From contig OZ246419.1 in assembly GCA_965231135.1 (NCBI GenBank), forward strand, positions 733,865 to 797,864: a stretch of 64,000 nucleotides of DNA, in the 5' to 3' direction. Source of the DNA: an uncultured Gammaproteobacteria bacterium. GTDB lineage: Bacteria > Patescibacteriota > Microgenomatia > UBA8517. Of this stretch, positions 55,201 through 64,000 are shown in pieces. The notes below the pieces were generated by a model. It was not told the DNA's origin, ran no database searches, and was given only the letters and a program-made list of their open reading frames with translations. The translations under genes and the position numbers were made by a program. The stretch's first letter is position 1. The number at the start of each line of letters is the position of its first letter.

Positions 55201-58200
55201 TGCAATACCAAGAGTATTAGATGGAACAGCTACTGCAAGATTTACTGGTACAACTTCCACATCATGGCAGCAGATTGATACAACATTTATTAATTCTACC
55301 GGTGCAAGTATGTATTTAACGGCTACTGGAGGAACAACTGGAAATTATGCAGAATTTGATGATATTACAGTTCAGGAAATTTCCCCCCTTTCTGGTCTCA
55401 ACACCAATGGTGTGACTGTGGGGGCAGCTGCAAATGGCCACCTCACCAATGCATATTCTTTTGATGGCACAAATGATAATGTGAATATTTATTCAGGGAG
55501 TTTGAATTCAATCTTTAACAATGATCAAGGAACTTTAGTTGCTTGGGCGAAGTTTACTGGTACATGGTCTGAAGCTGCTGAACGCTATGTTGCTATCATG
55601 CAGACAAATGGTTCAAATGCAGTCGGCATTGAAAAAAGTGGATCTAATACTCTAACTGCTAAGTATGTTGCGAATGGAACCACAAAATCTGTTAATATTT
55701 CTACCTCTACAACTAATTGGTTCCAGGTTGTAATAACATGGGACAAAACAAGTGATCAAGTCAAAATCTACTTTAATGGTAGTCAGTACGGTTCTACTCA
55801 AACAGGATTGGGGACGTGGACTGGAAATTTGACATCAGTTGGTGCAGTCATAGGCTCCGTAAACACTTCTGGTACTTTCCCTTGGTCTGGGATGATTAAT
55901 GATGTCCGCCTTTATAACCGTGCTTTGTCGCCCACAGAAATTTCTCAACTTTACAGCTATGCTCCTGGGCCTGTTGCGTATTGGAAACTTGATGAGGGCA
56001 CCGGTAGTACCGCTTTTGACGTGTCCGGTAACTCCAATACCGGCACTTTGACTGGTTCTCCAACGTGGACCACTGGTAAAGTTGGTAAAGCGTTAAATTT
56101 TAATGGCAGTAGCCAATACATTGTCGGACCCGCGAGCCCCAGTGTGGAAATGACCAGTGGCGTGACTGTTGGCGCTTGGGTGAATCCCAGTGTAGTTGAT
56201 AGTGCCTACCACACTATTGCTGGGAGATGGAAAGTGGGAGGCGATCAACACTATATTTTGCAACTTAATTCAGATAACAAATTCGGTTTCTTTTTTGATA
56301 CCGATGGCGGCGACGCTTCCACTGGACAATTTTTTGTAGAGTCGACGACCACACCGAGTGCCAACACTTGGTATTACGTCGAGGGGGTTTTCGATCCCTC
56401 AACCACCAGTCTAAAAATGTATGTGAATGGGAATCTGGAAGCCACCACCACTGATGCCAGTCTAACTACCGGCGCTGCCGGATCGATAGAATTAACTGCT
56501 GGTTCAAAAAAGAATTCCGGAGGGACTTATATAGAATTCTGGCCGGGGAAGCTGGATGACATCAAAGTCTATAACTACGCCAGAAATCAAACTCAAATTT
56601 TGGATGATATGAGTGGAGGTCAAAGCGCAGGTCCTATTTCTCAAAGTACCGTTCTACCTCAGCCGGTTGGTTACTGGAAATTTAACGAAGGCTATGGAAC
56701 CACCGCCAATAACTCAGGTTTGGGTGGCTCAGCTTTAAACGGAACACTTACGAATATGGCCTCGCCGGCTACTAGTACCTCGGGTTGGCAAACGCCTCAG
56801 TCCGGAAATTGTAAGATTAATGGCTGTCTGGCGTTTGACGGCAGTAATGATTTGGTTAATATTACCGATAATAGTGATACTCTGGGAACCAGCGCAAGTG
56901 ACTTCTCAACCTCTGCCTGGTTTAAAACAACCGATAATAAAAGTTTTAACGGTATCATTTCAAAAGGATTTAACAGCCACTGGCAATATGCAATGTATTT
57001 AGCTGCAGGACTTCCCAAATGTCAGCTTTTTCAGAATGGTTCTGGATCTACCTATTTATCGTTTACTGGGACCAGAACTCTTAATGACGGGGTATTTCAT
57101 CACATAACCTGTACTTTTTCTGCTTCTACTACTACGCTTACTTTATATGTAGATGGCAACAAAATTGGTTCTTCTAATACCACGTCGGGCAGCAGAGATA
57201 CATCTACTGGATCTAAAGTTGTTCTTGGAGCTTTTGCTGATAACAGCAGCGATAATTTTGACGGACTTATTGACGAAGTCAAAGTCTATAATACTGCTCT
57301 TACCCAGCAGCAAGTTCAGGCTGACATGAACGCCAGTTCGGTTGTAAATAACGGAACAACCGCTGCAAACGAAGCGTCTCTTCTTATGGGCGGCGCTGGG
57401 AACCCTCCTGTTGGATACTGGAATTTTGAAGAAGGCACCGGTACCACTGCTCACGACGCAAGCGGAAACGCGAATAACGGGACTTTGACTAACGGTCCAA
57501 CTTGGACTGTCGGCAAGATAGGCAAAGCAGTTAAGTTTGATGGGAGCAATGATTATATTGATGTAGGAAGCGGATCTTCTTTGGGCCCCAGCACTGTAAC
57601 GATTTCTGCCTGGATTGATCCTTCCAGCAGCTGGTCAGATTACGGAAACATTCTTTCAAATAATGACAATAGCGGTTTTAGAGTGCGAGTAAATAATGAC
57701 TTAACACTCACCTTTTTGGACCGAGGACCAACTAATAATGTATCAACAACTGCTACTATTCCTTTAAATACTTGGACTTATGTAACTTTTGTTGGAGATT
57801 CAGCCGGTTTAAAGATCTATATCAATGGAACTTTAAGTGCGAGTAATGCCGTTGCTTTTAATAAGGGAACAACTGGCGACACTGTTATTGGGGCGCGATC
57901 CACAATAAGTTCGCTAGAAATTTTCAAGGGGGTAATTGATGAAGTCAAGGTATATAACTATGCTAGAACTCAAGCTCAGATTGCATATGACTATAACCGG
58001 GGGGCACCAGTTGGCTGGTGGAAAATGGACGAATGCCAGGGAACAACACTAAATGATTCAAGCGGAAACGGAAATGCCCTAACGCTTAGTGTTGGTGGCA
58101 GTGGGACCCAGACTGCTATTGGGACATGCAACACTTCTGGGACTGCCTGGGGAAATGGCGCAACGGGGAAATTTAATTCATCGCTTAACTTTGACGGAAA

Positions 58201-58741
58201 TGACGACTATGCTGATAAAGCTTCTCCTTCCAGTGGTGTCTTATTGGGAGCTTTAAGTTCATATTCTATCTCAGCCTGGTTTAGGACCACTTCTACTACC
58301 AATGATTTGGTGCTTTACTCTGAAACCAATTCCTCAACTAATACGCCCGCAGTACTGATTATGGTTAATCGCAACACTATTGGGGGGGTTGGGACATATA
58401 AACGAGATGATTCAGGGAACACAGATGATTTTACCGGCGGACGAAATTTGGGTGCAAATGATGGAAATTGGCATAATTTGATTGGTGAACGAAATGGCAA
58501 CACCTTGTATGTTTATTTTGATGGCAAATTAATTAATACCACTTCAGGCTCGGCCGGGACGGCTACCACGAACAGAATCACTATTGGCGCCCAAGGCAGA
58601 ACGTCAGGGTTAATTAATTACTTCCCAGGGCAAATTGATGAGGTAAAAGTTTATAATTATGCCCTTTCGAGTTCGCAGGTGCAAGAAGTTTACAATCAAG
58701 GAGCGGCTTTGCGGTTTGGACCGACTTCTGGAAATCCGTAA
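52268..58741 (+). CDS. Giant (2157 aa) paralog of the preceding gene (TM, DUF2341, CBM-like and LamG-like modules)
   Basis: Same architecture; WAYRQRVDITV...DLRFTNIHGDSLHYYID...LYMYYGN; shares near-identical nt tracts with 44494..52242 (e.g. 46318-46367 = 55448-55497). Confidence 0.8.
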   Translation: MKKGLKILRLKFSKYYRQRPKLFFGTILLVTILLLVGIKLWAGGLVKGAWFDNNWAYRQRVDITVSSNSSDVKNLETLMTINTSSLVSAGKLQSSCQDLRFTNIHGDSLHYYIDSGCNTSTTKVWVMVDLVPKNTTTYSLYMYYGNPTATAGSSSTFFDNVVHLMGYWTMNESSWNGTAGEVKDSSVTGGNGGGLCTGTGCSIPSTTTGEYGNAASFATSGTTNEQYALIPDNNFINITGDFTIEMWINPASSSQNANNDILRKESTNNGFGIEATGSNLTYVAGWKNGATNNCYTTNTFSLSASTWQHLVITKSGTTRTVYINGAIQGGATCTGTNATISSSNGAALNIGGWSLQTTRGFNGKIDDVKLYNTARSAAQISADYTNTSCGGLACAIASSTVPVTTPTTSFASEEVTPGAILTYKFDENMGTTANDSTANANNGTLGGTTPPSWQTSDQCVSNTCLFFDGQSSIVTGSKVATGIKSISFWIRPSNIGKQGILNLDGGTHKVSTNESGVISATGFSSPTYYINGTVTTTPTLTLGQWNYVTITTGTSFNSTSSFTLGTDGVTFAGGYVDEVQFYNYVRTAAQVQSGYNLGASAIKLNPTVPLNSLVASWPLDDTTSTQSYARAVTPGAGTGRNIVLNGGFDSTSNWLLGTGWTIANGVAHQDGTGSAASPMYEVPSLVAGKAYKITYTISNYGGTGSINSQVGSGAASSPHSGNGTYTDTLIAPTNPYLGINVWTSGFVGDIDNVSVQEINIPASTATPTQLLTDGNMEASGTGAWTANNAATLSKQTTNPHSGSQLLRVARSTTNLAYASQTILTTGQVYRIYGYMRSDGTATPQIAQSGSNIVVGTASTTWQPFDAVFVATGNFIQLINQASSGTPYVEFDDVTVSLDTGVRSDSILSTLDGDMEQSGTSYWTVGNAATLSKDSSAPHGGTNALKVANSGSSSPEAIELVLVAGKTYHLTGWAKGDGTAIPRVLDGTATARFTGTTSTSWQQIDTTFINSTGASMYLTATGGTTGNYAEFDDITVQEISPLSGLNTNGVTVGAAANGHLTNAYSFDGTNDNVNIYSGSLNSIFNNDQGTLVAWAKFTGTWSEAAERYVAIMQTNGSNAVGIEKSGSNTLTAKYVANGTTKSVNISTSTTNWFQVVITWDKTSDQVKIYFNGSQYGSTQTGLGTWTGNLTSVGAVIGSVNTSGTFPWSGMINDVRLYNRALSPTEISQLYSYAPGPVAYWKLDEGTGSTAFDVSGNSNTGTLTGSPTWTTGKVGKALNFNGSSQYIVGPASPSVEMTSGVTVGAWVNPSVVDSAYHTIAGRWKVGGDQHYILQLNSDNKFGFFFDTDGGDASTGQFFVESTTTPSANTWYYVEGVFDPSTTSLKMYVNGNLEATTTDASLTTGAAGSIELTAGSKKNSGGTYIEFWPGKLDDIKVYNYARNQTQILDDMSGGQSAGPISQSTVLPQPVGYWKFNEGYGTTANNSGLGGSALNGTLTNMASPATSTSGWQTPQSGNCKINGCLAFDGSNDLVNITDNSDTLGTSASDFSTSAWFKTTDNKSFNGIISKGFNSHWQYAMYLAAGLPKCQLFQNGSGSTYLSFTGTRTLNDGVFHHITCTFSASTTTLTLYVDGNKIGSSNTTSGSRDTSTGSKVVLGAFADNSSDNFDGLIDEVKVYNTALTQQQVQADMNASSVVNNGTTAANEASLLMGGAGNPPVGYWNFEEGTGTTAHDASGNANNGTLTNGPTWTVGKIGKAVKFDGSNDYIDVGSGSSLGPSTVTISAWIDPSSSWSDYGNILSNNDNSGFRVRVNNDLTLTFLDRGPTNNVSTTATIPLNTWTYVTFVGDSAGLKIYINGTLSASNAVAFNKGTTGDTVIGARSTISSLEIFKGVIDEVKVYNYARTQAQIAYDYNRGAPVGWWKMDECQGTTLNDSSGNGNALTLSVGGSGTQTAIGTCNTSGTAWGNGATGKFNSSLNFDGNDDYADKASPSSGVLLGALSSYSISAWFRTTSTTNDLVLYSETNSSTNTPAVLIMVNRNTIGGVGTYKRDDSGNTDDFTGGRNLGANDGNWHNLIGERNGNTLYVYFDGKLINTTSGSAGTATTNRITIGAQGRTSGLINYFPGQIDEVKVYNYALSSSQVQEVYNQGAALRFGPTSGNP

Positions 58742-58783
58742 TTGGGTTGACATAGCTTCCTAAGAAAGGAATAATAAACATAC

Positions 58784-60829
58784 ATGCAAAGGCAGTTAGA
58801 AAATATTCGTGAATATTTGATTTTAGGAATTGTATTTTTGTTTCCTTTTACTTTTGCAGGGACCTTTATTGATTCATTTACAATTCCAAAATTAATTGTT
58901 TTGGGAACGTTAATTTGTCTTTCTTTAATTGTGGTTGCGATTCAGATTTACCTCACAGGAAAATTTAAAATTGGAATTGGAAAGTTTGATTTACCAATAT
59001 TTTTAATCGCATTTTCCTATCTTATTTCGGCAATTCTTGTTACGCCAAATAAAATGGAAGCGTTTTTTTTGCCAGGGAATGCAAGTATAGTTATCGGCTT
59101 TGCCATATTTTATTTTCTTCTTAATACAATTGCGGACAAAAATAAAATCAAACTAACTCTTTTTGCAAGCGTGACATGTTTTGCAATTCTTATTTTTGCA
59201 AGCTTTTTGGGAGTTTTTGATAAGATTTCAAATTTGCCTTCCTTTATGAAACTTGCTTCGTTTAATCCTGCAGGAGATTATCTAACAGGAGCAATATTAC
59301 TTCTTTCTGTAGTTCCTTTTGCAATTAACTATGTAGTAAAAGAAAATATTCTTACCAAAAAGACAGTCTTTGCATTCGGGCTTGTTTTTGTATTAGTTGC
59401 CGCAGGAATTTCTTTATTTACACTTGTTTCATCAGATAAAAAGATTGCACCAACACTGCCTTCATTTGCAACAAGCTGGGCAACTGCTGTTGGAACAATT
59501 GGAGAAAATCCAGTTTTGGGAATTGGGCCTGGAAATTATATTACTGCTTTTAACAGGTTTAGACCGGTTACATACAACGCGACAGACCTTTGGCAATTAA
59601 GGTTTTCTACAGCAAGAGATTTTTATTTGACAGTTCTTACTGAAACCGGACTTTTGGGAATGTTTGCTGTCTTTTTGTTAATTTTTTATCTAATTAAACA
59701 AATAAATCGCAATTTAACAATTTATAAAGAAAGCAGGAGCGTTGTAGTTGACATGGTTTCAACAGGTACACTTCTTGGACTGCTTATTATATTTTTTATT
59801 TTTCCAACAACTCCTGTTTCGTTATTTTTAATTTTTGTTTTCTTTTCTTTAATTTCTCAAGCGAAAGTACAAGAAGTAGGTTTCTTTGAGGGAAGTACTT
59901 CGGCAACAGGAAGAGTTTTGGCAAGCCTTGCAATTATTGCATGTGTTTTTTATTTTGGAATAAAAGCAAAACCAGTAATTCAAGCTGAAGCTATATTTAA
60001 AAATGCAAATGATGCACTTTCTGCAAATGACGGAAAAACAACTTATACAGATTTACAAAGTGCAATTAATTTAAATCCGATGGTTGACAGATATCATGCT
60101 TCATATGCGCAGGTAAATTTGGCAATCGCAAGAAGTATTGCAACAAGTGTTGCCGACCCAAAAAGCCTTACACAGGATCAACAAAATACAATTTTACAAC
60201 TCATTCAGCAGGCAATTCGCGAAGGACAAAATACGGTTACATTAAACAGCACAAGATCACAAAACTGGCAAATACTTGCAAACATTTATCAACTTATTAT
60301 TCCTTATGCACAACAAGCTGACCAATTTGCATTACAATCTTATTCACAGGCGATTACTCTTGACCCGATTGATCCAAACTTAAGAATTGCTCTTGGAGGA
60401 CTTTACTATAGCTTGGGCCAATATGACAGCGCAATTGGTTCTTTTCAATTTGCAGTTTACGCAAAACCAGATCTTGCTAATGCATATTACAATTTAGCGA
60501 GCGGTTATGCTGCTAAAAGCGATTTTACAAATGCTGTTGCTGCTATGAATCAAGTGATTCTCCTTGTTCCAAAAAATTCAAATGATTACAAAACAGCACA
60601 AGAGACTTTGACTGATTATCAAAATAAACAAAAAACGACTGCAACAACAAATAATGGTAATTCATCGTTAACAACTCCACAAAAAGAAACACCGGCAATT
60701 AACCCACAAATCACTCTTCCTGAAGAAGCATCGCCTCCAGCTGCACCAAAGATACCAAGCGCGACAGCAACACCTGTAGCAACAAATGAAGGCGGACAAA
60801 CTGAAGCTTCACCAACTCCCCTTCCGTAA
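58784..60829 (+). CDS. Polytopic membrane protein with C-terminal TPR repeats and a Pro/Thr-rich tail; tentatively O-antigen-ligase (Wzy_C)-like
   Basis: About 12 predicted TM helices in the first ~400 aa; TPR-like ...LGQYDSAIGSFQFAVYAKPDLANAYYNLASGYAAKSDFTNAVAAMNQVI...; the Wzy_C assignment comes from architecture only. Confidence 0.5.
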   Translation: MQRQLENIREYLILGIVFLFPFTFAGTFIDSFTIPKLIVLGTLICLSLIVVAIQIYLTGKFKIGIGKFDLPIFLIAFSYLISAILVTPNKMEAFFLPGNASIVIGFAIFYFLLNTIADKNKIKLTLFASVTCFAILIFASFLGVFDKISNLPSFMKLASFNPAGDYLTGAILLLSVVPFAINYVVKENILTKKTVFAFGLVFVLVAAGISLFTLVSSDKKIAPTLPSFATSWATAVGTIGENPVLGIGPGNYITAFNRFRPVTYNATDLWQLRFSTARDFYLTVLTETGLLGMFAVFLLIFYLIKQINRNLTIYKESRSVVVDMVSTGTLLGLLIIFFIFPTTPVSLFLIFVFFSLISQAKVQEVGFFEGSTSATGRVLASLAIIACVFYFGIKAKPVIQAEAIFKNANDALSANDGKTTYTDLQSAINLNPMVDRYHASYAQVNLAIARSIATSVADPKSLTQDQQNTILQLIQQAIREGQNTVTLNSTRSQNWQILANIYQLIIPYAQQADQFALQSYSQAITLDPIDPNLRIALGGLYYSLGQYDSAIGSFQFAVYAKPDLANAYYNLASGYAAKSDFTNAVAAMNQVILLVPKNSNDYKTAQETLTDYQNKQKTTATTNNGNSSLTTPQKETPAINPQITLPEEASPPAAPKIPSATATPVATNEGGQTEASPTPLP

Positions 60830-60853
60830 GCAAAGCTTGTCACTTTGATAAAG

Positions 60854-60924
60854 TGGACCTGAGCGGAATTGAACCGCTATTTCTGCAATGCGAATGCAGT
60901 GTTCTGCCGTTTAACTACAGGCCC
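60854..60924 (-). tRNA. tRNA-Ala (anticodon CGC)
   Basis: Reverse complement folds as a tRNA: acceptor gggcctg/caggtcc with the G3:U70 Ala identity pair, anticodon stem ctgca/tgcag with loop ttCGCat, T-arm agcgg-ttcaatt-ccgct. Confidence 0.75.
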
Positions 60925-60955
60925 AATAAACATTCGTATTATATCAATAATATAT

Positions 60956-62035
60956 TTACTGAAGGAAATTAAGAGGATTCAAATGAACTCCTGCCTGATG
61001 AACTTCGAAATGTAAATGAGGACCCGTGGAATTGCCTGTACTTCCCATTCTTCCGATAACGTCACCACGGTGGACTGTTTGACCTAAAGTTACATAGAAA
61101 GCACTCATATGAGCATATAAAGTCTGATAACCATTACCATGATCAATCATAATCATATTTCCATAACCTGTATTATCCCAGCCTTCGCGAATAATTGTGC
61201 CACTATCTGCAGCAAGGATATTTGGCTCGGCGGGATTGGCGATATCAACTCCGGGATGATACCAGTAAAATCCTTGCGTAATTACTCCTTGAGTCGGCCA
61301 GACAAATTGCCCTGAGGCAACAACAGTACCAGCATTTGGTGTGACCTGAACTGGAACTGCAACAACACTTCCAGAAGATGAAGGCATTGCTCCATTTGGA
61401 ACGTAAACAATTTGACCAATAGCTAATGAAAAGGTTTCATCATCTGCAAAAGTATTAAAGGGAAATTCTACAATAGCTTCAGCTGAAGGAAGTCCATATT
61501 TTTTTGCAATAGATTGAACAGTATCACCTTTTACAACAGTATGGGCAATACCTGTAACTGGAAGAATTTGTAATGTGTCACCTATTTTAATATCATCTGC
61601 TGAAGTTAATTTATTTTGCCAAATGATTGTGTTACCTGAGATGCCAAATTTATCTGCAATAGAACTTATCGTGTCACCGTCTTGAACTGTATAGCTAATT
61701 ATACCTTCGCGAGCTGAGGATATATTAGTTGATGTGACGCTTGTATCTGTTGAAGCTGATAAAACTTCAGGAGGGTTTGTAATGCTCCAGGGATTAACTG
61801 ATCGGCCTGGAAACTCTTTAGCGACGTATGGGCCTATTAAAATACCAAGAACTGCAAGAATTGTCATCCCAATATGAATTAATCTTTTGGAATTTTTACC
61901 TCTTTGCCTATAAAGTTTACCGACAAACTTATCTTCTGTTTTTTGTGCTGAAAGATAAACAGAAATTGATTTGGATTTGGTAAATTTGAAAAGCTCTATA
62001 AGAAATATACGAAATTCTTTTGCAAACTCTTGCAT
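60956..62035 (-). CDS. LysM-domain M23-family peptidoglycan endopeptidase
   Basis: Two LysM repeats (YTVQDGDTISSIADKFGIS..., HTVVKGDTVQSIAKKYGLP...) and an M23 core HxxxD...HLHFEVH (GRMGSTGNSTGPHLHFEVH). Confidence 0.8.
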   Translation of the reverse strand: MQEFAKEFRIFLIELFKFTKSKSISVYLSAQKTEDKFVGKLYRQRGKNSKRLIHIGMTILAVLGILIGPYVAKEFPGRSVNPWSITNPPEVLSASTDTSVTSTNISSAREGIISYTVQDGDTISSIADKFGISGNTIIWQNKLTSADDIKIGDTLQILPVTGIAHTVVKGDTVQSIAKKYGLPSAEAIVEFPFNTFADDETFSLAIGQIVYVPNGAMPSSSGSVVAVPVQVTPNAGTVVASGQFVWPTQGVITQGFYWYHPGVDIANPAEPNILAADSGTIIREGWDNTGYGNMIMIDHGNGYQTLYAHMSAFYVTLGQTVHRGDVIGRMGSTGNSTGPHLHFEVHQAGVHLNPLNFLQ

Positions 62036-62052
62036 ATTGAAAGCTAATTATA

Positions 62053-63252
62053 TCACGCAGTCTGAAGGCTATCTAAGAAGTCCTGGTTTGTTTTTGCTTT
62101 GCTTACTTTTTCTAAAATAGTTTCTGTTCTTTCGTCTTCTGGAATCATATCAAGCATTCTTCTTAAAGTGTGGACTTTGGTAAGATTTTCTTTACCATAC
62201 AACAATTCTTCCTGCCTTGTTCCTGAAGTTGTTATGTCAATTGCTGGAAAAATTCTTTTTTCTGCAAGTTTTCTTACTAAATGTAATTCCATATTTCCAG
62301 TACCTTTAAACTCTTCATAAATAAGATCGTCCATACGACTTCCAGTTTCAATTAAACAAGTACCAATGATTGTGAGAGATCCGCCTTTTTCAAGTTTTCT
62401 TGCTGCTCCAAAAAACTTTTTAGCCGGGAAAATAGCTTGAGGATTAAAACCTCCAGACAATGTTCCTCCTGAACTTGGCAATGCCAAATTGTAAGCTCTT
62501 GCAAGTCTTGTGATTGAATCAAGAACTATTACTACATCAACGCCTGTTTCAACTAATCTTTTTGCACGGTCTAATGCAAGCTCTGCAATTCTTGTTTGGT
62601 TTCTTGCTGGATCGTCAAAATTGCTTCCTACTACTTCTCCTTTGCCTTTGGTAACGTCAGCCATTTGGCGAGTAATATCTGTAACTTCTTCTGGACGCTC
62701 ACCAATTAAAACTGCCATTAAATGGACTTTTGGATAATTTTTGGCAATGCCTGCAATAATATCTTTTAGTAACCAGGTTTTGCCTGCTTTTGGAGGAGAA
62801 ACTATTAAGCTTCTTTGCCCAAAGCCAATTGGAGCAACCAAATCAACCAATCTTGTTGTTAAAGTTTCCTGGTCTGTTGCTAATTCAATTTGCTTTTCTG
62901 GATATATAGCTGTTAATTCTTCAAACTCAGGCCTATTTTTAATGGATTCGACGGGCTCACCATTGACTGCGTCAACTTTTAATAATCCCCAGTATCTTTC
63001 ATTTTCTTTTGGACGTCTTGCAAGTCCTTCTATCAAGTCTCCATTTCGGAGATTAAATCTTCTTATTTGAGATGAGGAAATATAAATATCATTGTTTGAA
63101 GGAGCAATTTTTGGACGTAATAATCCAGATCCTTCATTTGCAATATCAAGGATTCCTGAAACTTTTTCTGTTGGAAGATCGGAGTCTGGAATGACGCGAT
63201 CATCTACAACAAGTTTATCTATAGGTGTATCTGTATCTGGCATATTATTCAA
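62053..63252 (-). CDS. rho: Transcription termination factor Rho
   Basis: RNA-binding CSD-like region (RFNLRNGDLIEG), Walker A GQRSLIVSPPKAGKT, Q/R loops. Confidence 0.9.
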   Translation of the reverse strand: MNNMPDTDTPIDKLVVDDRVIPDSDLPTEKVSGILDIANEGSGLLRPKIAPSNNDIYISSSQIRRFNLRNGDLIEGLARRPKENERYWGLLKVDAVNGEPVESIKNRPEFEELTAIYPEKQIELATDQETLTTRLVDLVAPIGFGQRSLIVSPPKAGKTWLLKDIIAGIAKNYPKVHLMAVLIGERPEEVTDITRQMADVTKGKGEVVGSNFDDPARNQTRIAELALDRAKRLVETGVDVVIVLDSITRLARAYNLALPSSGGTLSGGFNPQAIFPAKKFFGAARKLEKGGSLTIIGTCLIETGSRMDDLIYEEFKGTGNMELHLVRKLAEKRIFPAIDITTSGTRQEELLYGKENLTKVHTLRRMLDMIPEDERTETILEKVSKAKTNQDFLDSLQTA

Positions 63253-63298
63253 TTAACATTTAGGAGGGCAAATCGTAAGATAAATATATTTTATCAAA

Positions 63299-64000
63299 TT
63301 AAACTGGCTTTGCAAGTACTAAGAGCCTATTCCATGATGTTCCTGGCGGATAACAAGTTTGTAATATCAAAGTTTCACTGCCGTCATTGTAACTTAAATA
63401 AGAAGTGTCATTTGGCCCAATGATTTTGGTTTCACTTACTTTATAAACATATCTTTGGTCTGCAAAGTAAACAATTATTTGATCGCCTGTCTGCATTTTA
63501 TCAAGCAAATAAAAAACTGCATTGTATTTTGCTACGTTTAAAGGAGAATTGGTTGAATGGGCAAAAAGAAAAATTGTTTTTCCCTGGCCCGGAAAATAGG
63601 TTCCTTTTGCCTGAGCAACACCTTCCTGTAAAGCTTCGTCGTATTCTTTTTGATTCCCTGCATCGACATTTGCAATAATATTTGCATGAGCATTAATTTT
63701 TGGAATAACGATTGAAAAATAAGAACTTACTCCAAAGTTTTGGGCCTCCTGTTGAATTGCGCTTGTATTTTGGGCATTTATTAAATCAACTTGAGAAGGA
63801 TGAATTGATAAGTCGTAACCTAATTCGTTTTTGACTAATGGGCCAAAGGTAAAAATAGCAGCAATAATTATAAAACCAATTAATCCTGCTCCAAAACCTC
63901 GAGCAAAAGTGTAAGCAATTTTGGTAGCGCGACTTGCATGTAAATTTGCAGATCCGTGAGGACCTGACTTTTCTGAATTATAAATATGATAAATAATTCC
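63299..64000 (-). CDS. Sortase (transpeptidase), 5' end beyond the window
   Basis: The track lists only the last 69 aa (from a TTG). Hand translation shows the frame stays open to the window edge: TM LIGFIIAAIFTFGPLV, then IVIPKINAHANI..., His region GKTIFLFAHS, catalytic TLILQTCYPPG and a downstream Arg (SWNRLLV). Confidence 0.7.
   Translation of the reverse strand, partial: GIIYHIYNSEKSGPHGSANLHASRATKIAYTFARGFGAGLIGFIIIAAIFTFGPLVKNELGYDLSIHPSQVDLINAQNTSAIQQEAQNFGVSSYFSIVIPKINAHANIIANVDAGNQKEYDEALQEGVAQAKGTYFPGQGKTIFLFAHSTNSPLNVAKYNAVFYLLDKMQTGDQIIVYFADQRYVYKVSETKIIGPNDTSYLSYNDGSETLILQTCYPPGTSWNRLLVLAKPV

Noticed and set aside
45213-57454. Short ORFs on either strand inside the two LamG giants
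   Set aside because: All lie within or antisense to the long intact reading frames; no independent signals.
38324-58741. Possible CRISPR array, suggested by the many direct repeats
   Set aside because: Repeats are long, unequal, in-frame and encode protein modules; there is no short-repeat/unique-spacer periodicity anywhere in the window.
60839-60857. Hairpin gtcactttgataaagtggac between the Wzy-like gene and tRNA-Ala as a terminator
   Set aside because: Imperfect stem, no U-tract on either strand, and it overlaps the tRNA 3' end; too weak to call.

Overview
The window is low-GC (roughly 35%), gene-dense bacterial DNA using the standard genetic code; TGA, TAA and TAG all terminate long intact genes. 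The gene content and style resemble Candidate Phyla Radiation / Patescibacteria genomes: compact informational genes, an F-type ATP synthase operon, competence genes comEA/comEC, a sortase and very large surface proteins. The conserved backbone is rpsU, rnhB, secE-nusG-rplK-rplA-rplJ-rplL, uppS, mreB, tgt, rsmI, ndk, argS, leuS, atpFHAGDC, gpmI, rho, plus three tRNAs: Arg-CCU, Pro-CGG and Ala-CGC. Two accessory regions stand out. The first (7.2-13.1 kb, minus strand) is a tightly coupled six-gene operon: HTH regulator, 7TM membrane protein, an ATP-grasp ligase fused to a retropepsin-like domain, three RimK-like ATP-grasp ligases, and a C26/GATase1-like amidase. It looks like an expanded, rearranged version of the RimK-related peptide-ligase cassettes and is the best candidate here for an undescribed peptide-synthesis or peptide-tagging system. 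The second (37.4-60.8 kb) is a surface-protein island. It holds a 2056-aa repetitive Ser/Thr/Gly/Asn-rich protein with an N-terminal HTH domain followed by a TM helix. Next come two tandem paralogous giants (2582 and 2157 aa) built from DUF2341, CBM-like and LamG modules with near-identical nucleotide tracts, then an O-antigen-ligase-like polytopic membrane/TPR protein. A divergently transcribed small membrane protein shares a domain with the first giant's C-terminus. Smaller points: an apparently frameshifted nucleotidyltransferase gene at a T7/A7 run, unrelated ORFs inserted inside the conserved secE-nusG-rplKAJL cluster, an atp operon lacking atpB/atpE next to a protein with a c-subunit-like hairpin, and several promoter-like -10 boxes sitting only a few nucleotides from start codons. 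All calls rest on reading the six-frame translations and sequence motifs by eye; no database searches were run.
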